Source: Hormiphora californensis
Taxonomy: Eukaryota; Animalia; Ctenophora
NCBI GenBank assembly: GCA_020137815.1
Contig: CM035356.1
Coordinates: forward strand, 8,184,001 to 8,248,000
Direction of reading: 5' to 3'
DNA: 64,000 nucleotides
Of the stretch, positions 24,798-36,094 are shown in pieces. The notes beneath the pieces are model-generated. The model was given only the letters and a program-made list of their open reading frames with translations. It was not told the origin of the DNA and did no database searches. The position numbers and the translations under genes were made by a program. Each line of letters starts with the position of its first letter. The first letter of the stretch is position 1.

Positions 24798-26170
24798 CCG
24801 GAAAACCTAGTTTGACTAGATCCGGGAAACTGCTTTGGTAGCGTTTTATTTATTTATTTTCCCTATCAAAACGGTGACCCTTTGATCGGTGTGGTCAGGG
24901 GATCAGCCGTGTTATCAAGCATTGAGTCGACTGACACTGTGTCATCAATTCAAACCCAGAAAACGCTATTTTCAACAAGAAAAAAAAGGAATATATTGAC
25001 GTGACAGTTACTGTTCCAGATTTAGGAAGAATTCTATGGTTGTATCTCGCCAAGCAATTATTGGAGATCGTGTCAATTAATGGCAGACAATGCAGTATCT
25101 AGATGATTGTAAAATACCAGATGCAGCAGCATTTTGATCTCGAATATAATATCTCGAATACAACTTCATACAGTCAGACCCCAATTTACCGGGATACTCG
25201 GGGGAAGGATTTGAGCGCTAAGTCTCAGAGGAAGTTTATCCTTCTGGTAAGTGGATAATCGGGGTTTCAGTAAATTGGGTACCGATAAATCGGTCTTCCT
25301 GATAATATATGTACAATCTAACTTTACATCCACACCCTGCTTACCTGTTCCGACGTTCCGTTCTTATCCCCATATTGGTGTTGGGGGCCGGTGTACACTG
25401 TGTCCGTGAACAATTCTTGGTTACGAAATAACCCCTCCAAAGAGGGGTTCCAGATCCGCTTACCTTATGTTTCATGACACGCTCAAACCGTCATACTAAA
25501 CACTGAAAAGTTGCAGTAGTCTTCACTATTAGTTCTAGCCTAGGGGGTCTGAGCCGCACACAAGGCGACACCGAGACCAAATCTCGTTACTTTCCCGATA
25601 TCTTTGACACAAACAAGTATTGCAGAGCGGTCAATAAAGCTGGCGGTTTCAAACTTCGTCCATATTCGGAGGGATAGATTAGCAGTTCAGTGTTTCAAAT
25701 CAGGTTTAATTTGGCAAAGTAGAAGCTGAGTTACAATATGTACGAATGGTCCAATGAACTTCAAGACCTTTTTAATTTGATGAGGAATACCAAAATTTGG
25801 TGCATTTTCATTGAGTAGTTGAGGAGCTATTGATCTTTCAAGTGAGTCAAACCGGATCTGTAACCCCTAGCTCAGGTCGCCGGGCGACCTTCGCGCGTGC
25901 TGGCAAGGGGTAACTTCGTAACCAAGAACAATTCAAGGTACCCCCTCTTGCTCTTGGAGGTCTCTCCCTCCTGCACTGTCTCTCGCAATGTCACGTGCAC
26001 CGTCTTTCTGATAATGGGGACGAGAGATGGTAACAATTCGTTGAGTATGGTATTCTTGCTCATGAAAAGGTTGTTTCCTATTTTATATTGGAAGAGCTTC
26101 GTGTGTGTTTATTGATATTTTTACCGTCATGCCATGAAATCACAATCGATCCAAAGACATGGAGGCAATA

Positions 26171-26323
26171 CAGTCGGACCCCGATTTAACAGCCCCCGAT
26201 TTAACGGCACCCCGATTTAATGGCCCCCGATTTAACGGCAGGATAATCTTCCCCCGATATAGGAAATTAACAGTATTTGACCTCGATTTAGCGGACAAAT
26301 GCCGTTAAATCATGGTCCGACTG
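26171..26323. mobile_element. Tc1/mariner/pogo-type MITE (CAGTCGGACCCCGATTTA family), TA TSD
   Basis: TA-CAGTCGGACC...GGTCCGACTG-TA; same family at 53543-53714 and a degenerate copy at ~25170-25295. Confidence 0.85.
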
Positions 26324-27465
26324 TACATAACTTTCCGTAGTTGTTCATTTACTTTTGATCAAAAGTAGTAGGACAACCACTGAAAGCTTTTAGCAAGGAC
26401 CTCCCCTCAAATAACTAACTGTTCGTGATGAGATATTTGTTGAGAGAGGGTAAATGTGTAATATTCATCATCCTGCAGCAGCACAGTCCTCTTACTATCG
26501 GTTCCCCGGATATGTTCACTATGATAATAGTCCTATCCCTCCCAATCTACAGCCAGTCATTGTATCAACACGGGTCATGCATTAGTATGTTATTTTAGCT
26601 AAAATAATAGTGATCTGATGGTCGACTCATCGTCATCACAATACTTGTTGCTTTTCCGTACGTCACAACTTAGTGGTTCATGAAGAAAACCCGTTTGATG
26701 TGGCTCCGCGACATGCATGTTGTTGAGACGTGTGTCGTTTATTATTTGTGTAATTTGATTTAGCCGTCATGGTCGAAACATGAAAGTTTGGTAAACTGAT
26801 TTATATCTCATTGTGTTAGTGTGTTAGCCTATCATGCTTGGGTGATATTATATGGGTAATTCGCTAGACCAGATCTACCCGGACATGATCGAAGACTTAA
26901 TAAATTGTTATGTTATGTAGATAGCGTGGTCCTACGGCCTCATAGTTTATAGACCACCCGGGTGGGGACACGGTAAGCCCCCTGTCCACATCATCCTCTA
27001 AAACTTTCTGGAGATATTTGTTTTGAAGTGCGAACCTACCTGAATGGAGGAAAAACAAATTTGATTCTACGAACTATAGTTCTATAGTGTCACTTGAACC
27101 CACTCGTCCCCAAAGAATAGTTTTCCAGTATAGGAGGTCAATACATAGAAGTATTAGAAAAATTATAAGAAATCTAAATATATTAGTAAGATTGCATTTG
27201 ATATGCATGCTCGGTTTGCGTAAAATTGCTTTACTGAACCTATAAACATGATTGGGAAAGGAGTTTCAAATAATTTTAGCATGCATAATATAATAATGCC
27301 CAGACGAATCAAAGTTGCATTTATTTCTCAATAACCTCAGCAAGTATCGTCCATTTGTAGTATTTTTCCATTCGAAGCTAATCTATCATACCACTTTTTC
27401 CCTCGCTCTATCGCTCCCTTTTTAATTATTTAACTCTTGGCTGTTACCATCTCTCACTATCTTTC

Positions 27466-27634
<169 letters not shown>

Positions 27635-28561
27635 TGTATCATCTCTTTTACCTCCTATTTCTAAATATCTTAATGTGAACACCACCTTGATTCGTGGCAT
27701 GATTGCTAAAATCCATTTACTCTCCACATTTTAAAATAATTGATGCCAACTCTATTCTCCCAAGAACTTTCACGATTGTTTTTCCTCCCTGCCTTGTATT
27801 ATTATATTGTCTAAAGCTGTCTCTTATTGCTTGTGTGTTAAACGTTTCTCGTGACTCTCCCTCCTACACACAACACCCATTGAACAACTCTCCCTCCCCC
27901 TCCTCACCTCACTATTACAAAACTCGATCCTCATGGCGACATGGCACCGAGCCATCCAATGAGTTTGAGTTTTTAAATTTATATTTAATAATGTATTCGT
28001 TCTTAAATGAATACTACTAATATTCGATTTCAACCGAAAATATATGTTTAAAACTAAAAGCTTTACTGCTCAGTCTAAGAAGTATTTATACCTTTTGGGG
28101 AATGTTCTATGGTCAGGTTGTCCCCACTAAAGTTAATGATTCGCAGCTCTCTCTATAAATCGTCCTCTTTTTCTCTCTAAACTGACACTCTCCAACCAGT
28201 TCCAGTTGCCCCAAGCAATAACGCCAAAAATAGCAGTATATTGTGTTACCTTCATATTTTATTTAGCATTGCAGTGTTACTAGCGCATCCTCAAGAAAGG
28301 GCTTTTATTTTTTAAATATTTGCAACGGGAAACCATGGTGAAAAAATATTTGTTTATTCGCGAATTGGTTGGGTCAGCCGCCCCCCCCCCCTCCCTTGGA
28401 GAAATATCATTCCACGTCCACTCCTGGCTTTTAGTCTTATAGTATGGAATTACTTGGGGAAAGCCACTTTTTTAGGCCGGTGAAGCACATAAAAAACCAA
28501 CTGTTGGGGGAAATGCCCTAACTGATTAAGTTGTCTTTACAGTCATAAATCCAAAATCTAA

Positions 28562-28959
28562 GGATAGGAGTAGAGGAAAAACTAAGTGTGTAGCGTTCTC
28601 GCGTTAGTTGGGGTAGTCACCGATTTTGAAGGTAATGACCAAGTTTATGGACTGTCTCCAACCGTTTGGCCGTTATTTGGATTCAAAAATCGGACTTATT
28701 ACCGTTCTTTGCTCATTTTAAGACATTTTGAACAAAATAATGGCTAAACGGCTGGAGATAGAGCTTAGAATAGAGCCCACCATGAGCAAAGATTCAGCAT
28801 ACCCGATTTCCGGGTATGTGCACGCACAATGTGCATACCTAATTATCCAGTTATGTCATTAACGCGATTAGATATATGAACTCAAATTCGGTATCTACCC
28901 TCAATAATGCGAGGACGCTTCACATTTTGGTGACATTCGTTTTTCCTCTACTCCTTTCC
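28562..28959. mobile_element. PIF/Harbinger-type MITE, TAA TSD
   Basis: TAA-GGATAGGAGTAGAGGAAAAAC ... GTTTTTCCTCTACTCCTTTCC-TAA. Confidence 0.7.
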
Positions 28960-29027
28960 TAAGATCTTTAAAGTATTTAGAGTCAGCTCCCTGTTGTTAT
29001 ATTGAAAACTTTCCTTTCTTTGTAGAA

Positions 29028-32000
29028 ATGCGGCTACCGATCTTAATAACGGTAATATTGCTGGTGGGAACTTCCCACGGCAAAATGGATTCCTTCACGG
29101 AGAGCGAATTGGTCATGAATGCAAACACTACAATCGGTAAGTGGAGTTATCAAAACTGCAATTACTATAAGCGCTTAGATCGTGCGCCACCCTTTTTGCA
29201 TGCAAATTGTGTATGCTCTAAGCGCTCCTACTATTAATAATGGGGGATTTGTGCCATTGATTTGCATTACTCCACAACTAATTTCATTCCTAGGATCGGG
29301 AATGTTCGAGATTGAAAATGGTGAAGGTGATAGGAAGAAATCCATTAAGTTTGGTTTCGCTTCAATCATCGAACTGGATGGAGACGGCAACAAAATCGAT
29401 GTGGTTTGTAAACTTTCTTGAAGATTTATTATTTTATATTTGGATTTAAGAAAATGCCTTGTCCAATGTCCTATCCTGAGTTGGTGACATATAGACACCT
29501 GGCGCGACCCCCGCACACGTGTGTGTGAGCTCAATCTTGGTCGCCCACGGTGTCTATGTCACCAATATCCTGAGCATCCCTTCCCGATAAATCGTGGTTC
29601 ACAGATGCATATTGCATACTTATTCGGCATTTGAAAAACAAATATCCTCTCTCAGGAGGGACACTACTGCAACTTTGACAAGAAATCGATTGATTGTGAT
29701 GCCTCCTCGCCTGAAGATGGGACTATGGATGGCCTGGACGAGGATGGCAATTCAACCTCTATTGCTTACAAGAAGTAAGTGTGCATGATCAATTTCCTTG
29801 GTGACACAGTCACCCTTACAAGTACAACTAGTGCGTGTAGCGTGCCAAAACGAAGCCTGTGTAGCGGGCTGAGAGGTGACGGTGCCACCAATCAATTTCC
29901 ATCAATGTATCTCAAATTATAGTTAATAATATGCACTGCATTCAGTTGTTATCTTCGTAACTCTATTATGATTGATGAAAACGCCAGGTGTCCATTCTAA
30001 ATATGACGGATATTTAAATATAATTTCCTTCCAGGAAGACTCTGACGTGTGATCTGACTAGTTGTAACAAGGGAGCCTTCATCACAATATCCACCTACAT
30101 CTTTAAGGGCATGGGTTATATTTGCCAGCCCGCTTGTGATGACGATGATATGCTTAGGGTAGGTGTAATTAGGTTTATGAAGTGTCTGCTTATTGGACGA
30201 ACCAGTATCATACACTATATTGATCTACTTGAGACAGTTTCTACTGACCCCTCGCTCCGCTCAAGTGCACGATAAAGGGTCACTCCGATGCTTGACACAC
30301 ATACTCTCATTAACTTATCACCCCGCCGTGATAATTTACCACGTAACTGCAGTATCTTCTATGATTGTGTTTCAGTCGGCCGTCTTCAATGGAACTGCAA
30401 AGTGGTCCGTTGAGCTGGAAGATTGGGATTTCTGTAACGGTACAACTGCCTGTGATGACAAGAGCGTAAGTGTTAAAAAAAATAATCGATTAAATGAACT
30501 ATGAACGTTTGTAGACTGGCGCGTTATCAAGTTGGCTGTTCCCAGCGCGAGCTGGGGACAGCCAACTGGAGTTTAATCGCCCAGCAGGGCGATTAAACTG
30601 GTTTAAATCCCGACGCCGATCCCGAGGCGCCAGCCGAGGGTGAGGGGGAGGTGATTTAAACCTATAACGCGATAGGCTAACAAACGTTCATAGTTTATGA
30701 AACCCGATAGTAATTACACACAAATAAGAGACACAACACAAGGTGAAACACACTAGGACTGCTGGCAATTAGTCAACAGACACCGTGAAAATGTGTGTAG
30801 ACTTAGTGTCTACTGTTCCTAACATGTTTGAGAAAGAGAGAGAAAGATTAGGGGCAATACACACTGTCAGAGGTAGTGAACAGTAAACGAGACAATGAGA
30901 GAGAGAAATGAATGGAATGTGATTCTTTTCACTCGTTATGAGAGAGATAACATTGAAACGTGTTGCAGACATGTTTCCCCTTTCTTTTGTTGACAGAACT
31001 GTGTGTTTACACACATTTTCAATACTTAGAATTTTACACGCATGTTATTCAAATGAAGAGAAACGCGTGAAAGAGGGAACTGGTCTGTCAAACTGCGAGG
31101 AGGGTGTTAAATCTCCCAGCTGGCGGTTATCATGTGCGCGCAAATTCTTCAAATGACTGATAAATCAGCTATCGGGTTTCATATATTATTATGCACACTA
31201 TCAAATTTTCTATTTTTAAAATCAGTTTAGATATTTTCATTCTCTCGTCTCCCCCAGGCTGAGTCGCTAAAGATTTTCTTTGGCCTGCAAGGAAAGTCCA
31301 AGGGAAAGCCCTACAAGATGAACAAGAAGGATAGTAAAGGATTCGATTCTTCCAAATGTGGTATAATTTTGCTATTCCCCCTTACTCAACAAGTATAATT
31401 CACAATGTGTTCTGGATCCCATTTCCCACTTGATTAGAGTTCTCTAACGTATTATTTTGACCAGCTTATAGTAGACACTATATAAATTAAAATCCTAAAT
31501 TCGTCTTTTAGAGGAGATGAAGAATAAAGGAAAGGGTGACGGGAAGTACGGTGAAGGTGGCGACGGAAAAGATAACGGAAAAGACAACGGAAAAGGTGGG
31601 TCAAATGATAACGGAAAAGGTGGGTCAAATGATAACGGAAAAGGTGGGTCAAATGACAACGGAAAAGGTGGGTCAAATGACAACGGAAAAGGTGGGTCAA
31701 ATGACAAAGGAAAAGATGGGTCAAATGATAACGGAAAAGGTGGGTCAAATGATAACGGAAAAGGTGGGTCAAATGATAACGGAAAAGATGGGTCAAATGA
31801 CAACGGAAAAGGTGGGTCAAATGATAACGGAAAAGGTCCTGAAGACGAGAAGAACTCTGGAAATGGAGAAGATGATTCTGGCGATCGAGACTCTGGAAAC
31901 GGAGACTCCAATAGCGGTAAGGAGGACAACGACAACGATAAAGACGATAAAGACACAGACACAGACAAAGACAAAGACACAGAAAACCCATACAATGAAG

Positions 32001-34617
32001 AGATCCTGCCGAATGAAGAAAGCGAGAAAATAAAATGCCAATGGCTCTAAACACCAATATAATATGACTTTTCTGGCCCATGTTCTCGCCGTGATATAGT
32101 ACCAGAAAGGCAGAAGACAAGAACGTTTATTACTTTATTGATACTGATACTGATATATAATTGAATTTAAATTCCACAACTAATCTCACTAACAATTTCT
32201 GTAGGTAACGGCGGAGGAAAGCCCGATGATGGCAATGGTGGTAAGCCCGATAACGGTAGTGGAGGAAAGCCCTCGGGCGGTAAAGGAAAAGAGAACGGAA
32301 AACAAAAACGATCATCTGAAGATCTAGAATTGCAGATGAAACCCCGACAGTCTGGCAGGGGTAACAGCACTAACACCGGTATGTTTTTTGTTACGTGTTT
32401 AGTTTGTCAATATATCGTGTCCGTGAAAACTGTGACGTTTATTTCGGTAATCGCCAGGCATGCCCGGTATTAAAGGACCTGGTATGAAAGGCCCCGGGGG
32501 AATAAAAAGCCCTGGTAAAGGCTCCCAGAATGGACCCGGGGGCAATAAAGGTCCCGGACGCACAGTGCTGCGAAATGCCACTTTTGTTCGGTTTGCTTTT
32601 TGAGTATTTTAGTCAAAAAACTAACTTTTGATATTTGGTACAGCTCGAAGACCCGGACCAGATGGACTATTCAAAAAGCGCCTTTGCCCACACCTTCCTG
32701 GAGAAAAATGAGGTTAACTTTTTGCCCAAAACTGGTGTTAACCTCAATAAATCATAGACTGCAAGTCATAAGACCATGAAGCCGGTTCTAATAGTTAAAT
32801 CTCGCCAGGGGTATAGTTTGTATGTAATTTGACAGTCCTAAACCAAGCCATTGGCAAAATTTTAGAGGTTAACATTATTTCCGAAAAGTTACATTTTTGC
32901 GATTATTTCGTAATAATTTCGTCAGGTCTAGCGGAATTTCCAAACGAGATATCTTAGAACTGGGCCTTGTAATTTGGTAAGAAAGGTGGTAAGTAACTGA
33001 ATTAACATTTTGAATGGAAAACGGGGTGTGGTTTTTATTTTATTGAGGTTAACATGCTTAAAAGGTGTAATATTTCACTTTTTTTACACTTTTTAAGCAT
33101 GTTAACCTCAATAAAATAAAAACCACACCCCGTTTTCCATTCAAAATGTTAATTCAGTTACTTAGGACCTTTCTTACCAAATTACAAGGCCCAGTTCTAA
33201 GATATCTCGTTTGGAAATTCCGCTAGACCTGACGAAATTATTACGAAATAATCGCAAAAATGTAACTTTTCGGAAATAATGTTAACCTCTAAAATTTTGC
33301 CAATGGCTTGGTTTAGGAATGTCAAATTACATACAAACTATACCCCTGGCGAGATTTAACTATTAGAACCGGCTTCATGGTCTTATGACTTGCAGTCTAT
33401 GATTTATTGAGGTTAACACCAGTTTTGGGCAAAAAGTTAACCTCATTTTTCTCCAGGAAGGTGTGGGCAAAGGCGCTTTTTGAATAGTCCATCTGGTCCG
33501 GGTCTTCGAGCTGAACCAAATTTCAAAAGATAGTTTTTTGACTAAAATACGCAAAAAGCAAACTGGCCCCTCGCAGCACTGTGGGACGTAAAGGTCCTGG
33601 AAGAAGGGGCGGTGGTAAGTGGTTAGATTTGCATGTACGCTTTTGTTGCATGGCATATTCTATAGAATTCTAGTCGCCATTGGATCATCAACTCAACACC
33701 AAACATTTCTCCCTGTGTACGATTCGCCCTTTGATTTATTCTCTGGCAATCTGTTCAATTGATCTGCTCCTCGCAAGCTGACCGTTGTCTTTTATCAATG
33801 TTTCTATCCCTGAGGTGGAAAAATGGAACATTTGCTGAAATGTATTATCTCCTTTTGAGTTTTTGAACATATTCTTAGTAAAAACAGACGATTTTAATAA
33901 TTAACATTTTACTTGCAGGCCGGGGTAAATGTGATCGACCAGCGAGGGACACGAGTTTTAATGGGGAGCCCGAGGACCAGGACTCCTTCAAGTTCAATGA
34001 TGATGATAACCAAGAAAGCAGCGATATGGTCTTCCGAATGTTCCCTGTTGCTGTTCTTGATGGTAAGCTTTGTCGTTATGGAAACGGTGCTTATAAAATC
34101 AAATCAATTACTGACGCAGAAATTGTACATGTTGCAATTCATCAGGACCAGTATAATTAAAACTTAGGGACTCATTCCGTACTCATTTGTTGCTAGGTGC
34201 CACCTTGGTGACCAATGAGACTGGCTTTGTTGGACCCAACAAGGAAACCATCACTGAGGACGTCGGAAAGAGCGGAATGAAGCGTGAGGTGGATTACGTA
34301 AGTAGTAAATTGATATATGAAGCATTGTTTTAAAACATTTAAAACTTGTTTGTTCCATAATTTCGTATTGTGGTAATCGCTTTTAATTCCCTTGTTACCG
34401 ATAACTACTATACTGTCGCAGAGAACTAATAATTTCCTTTATGTTACAGATAACGATAGTTGTTCCCAAGTTCAACTCCTCAATGGTGTACGATCCAACC
34501 GGTGACATGTCTGCAAATGGCGGTACAACCTACACAGAGGACATGAAGGGCTCCACCCTTATCCTAATCCCTTCATCCCTCCTTCTTGTCATTTCCATGT
34601 TTCTCACCTATTGTTAG
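29028..34617 (+). CDS. Secreted/membrane-anchored protein resembling coral skeletal aspartic-acid-rich proteins (SAARP/CARP4 family), with Gly/Lys/Asp/Asn repeat insert
   Basis: Approximate exons 29028-29136, 29294-29403, 29656-29774, 30035-30157, 30375-30465, 31258-31360, 31512-31916, 32205-32377, 32458-33613 (interrupted), 33919-34061, 34197-34297, 34450-34617. Signal peptide; IKFGFASIIELDGDG; KWSVELEDWDFC; IVVPKFNSSMVYDP; hydrophobic C-terminus. Gene structure is well supported; family call is from remembered motifs. Confidence 0.7.
29481..29565. mobile_element. Tiny MITE with TTGGTGAC ends and 9-bp TSD (TATCCTGAG)
   Basis: TATCCTGAG-TTGGTGACATATAGACACC...GGTGTCTATGTCACCAA-TATCCTGAG. Confidence 0.8.
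29798..29891. mobile_element. Tiny MITE with TTGGTG ends and 9-bp TSD (TCAATTTCC)
   Basis: TCAATTTCC-TTGGTGACACAGTCACC...GGTGACGGTGCCACCAA-TCAATTTCC. Confidence 0.78.
30494..31184 (+). mobile_element. Multi-hairpin non-autonomous element, Crypton (tyrosine-recombinase)-like
   Basis: A..A'B..B' inverted-repeat layout (30494-30512/30680-30698; 30697-30710/31169-31182), internal hairpins and a CCCGAGGCG..GCCGAGGG motif; no TSD found. Confidence 0.55.
31570..31836 (+). repeat. Coding 24-bp tandem repeat (GKGGSNDN)n, ~10 copies
   Basis: GGAAAAGGTGGGTCAAATGATAAC units, in frame within an exon. Confidence 0.92.
32561..33583. mobile_element. Transib-type foldback element (~1 kb palindrome), CACAGTG termini, 5-bp TSD GGACG, inserted in an exon
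   Basis: GGACG-CACAGTGCTGCGA ... TCGCAGCACTGTG-GGACG; ~500-bp arms nearly perfectly inverted. Confidence 0.88.
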
Positions 34618-35956
34618 CTGTTTGAGAGTTAACATTTGATAGACACGCCGTGTTTTAAATGTTGCACACATTATTTTACACATGAAACATTGCATTATAG
34701 TATGTTGAATAGAAATGTATTGTTAGACAAGAGTTATATCCAAGTTTGATCCACTTTGGTGGACCAGCTCATTATCGAAACATGATATGACTCTGTGATA
34801 TATAAAGTGAATATTTTAAAGAAATCTAGAAATGAAAAGACTATATTATCTTATGCTAGTGACTGTGAACGTCCAGTAACAGTGAACATCCAGATTTGTT
34901 ATACATTTTGTTTGCTTGTAGTACAAAGCTTTATTGTTATCTCTCCAAAATATGTATGTATTATGAAGTTCCCATCCCGAGAATTATACACCGAGCATAC
35001 ACCTATTATTTCACAATCGAGTAGTTATCTGTAACCTCGATCACGAACCAATCACTAAAATTAAACTCGAAGAAAATTGAATCAAATGCAGCGCTTCTTC
35101 TGTCATTGCTCGTCTTCATTATGAGTGGCAGCAGCTCAATAATGAATTATAGTATATGTCATAGGAATTAGGAGATGGATAATGTAGGAGACCTTGGTAT
35201 GTGGCCCTTTTATTCGCTGTTCCTAAGTGACCTCTTAGTGCACTTTAGTGTCCAATTACACCAAAAGTTGCAGTACTATGCTAATGCATATAATATCATG
35301 TCACATTTCAATTGTGCCTCTTTGTACTTTTTCATCAGTATTATTTTTTGTTCAAACCCTTTTTATTAATAAAAGGCTTTGAGAGAGGGTCGTGCAACGC
35401 AAAGTATTACACACACACACACCGACTCCAACGTCTCTCAGTCTGATGCTGTCTCTCCAACCTAGTTTATTAGCACATACGTCATATGGCCCACACTAAA
35501 CAGGAGTCTTCACATGAGGTTTAATCGTCATCTTAATGAGAGGAAAGTAGTCTCCATATATATTACCACAGTAGTCATATTAAATATATGCTTTGACTGT
35601 TGGGCACCTGTAAATGCGGTTACCATAGCAATTACAGTGATAATTCTCGATTTAGCGGGCTTGATATGCTTTCACGGAATCAACTTTAACCTTAGATAGT
35701 TAGACGTGATACACTCAACAGTAAACCTATCTTGGTCGTATCAACCTATCTTAGAGGTATTTTGATCAATGTCATTCGATCATCATCATCATCATCATCG
35801 ATCAACGCACTGTTTAGGACCACGGCCGACCACGCCCTTTGGCCTATATTCTCTCGGCCTGTGACGACAAAAAGAAGAGTTGGTTGGTAATGAGCGTCCA
35901 TCGGCCAAATGCACCCCTCGGATCCCCGCGCGCCGACGTCTCGGACGGAGAGCGAG

Positions 35957-35990
<34 letters not shown>

Positions 35991-36094
35991 CGGGCGCGAA
36001 CAGAGAGAGCGGAGAGAAGAGAGAGAGAAGAAGAGGAGAGCGAGAGAGAGAGGAGAGAGAAGAGAGAAGAGAGAGAGAGAGAGAGAGACGGGGA

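Noticed and set aside
25870-26590. Possible extra exons between the glypican and the SAARP-like gene
   Set aside because: Could not build a phase-consistent model; region is interleaved with MITE fragments.
31452-32120. Antisense and alternative-frame ORFs over the 24-bp repeat
   Set aside because: Shadows of the coding repeat; only the GKGGSNDN frame joins the flanking exons.
32561-32600. A true V(D)J recombination signal or antigen-receptor locus
   Set aside because: No canonical nonamer and no Ig/TCR segments; the TSD shows a transposon end.
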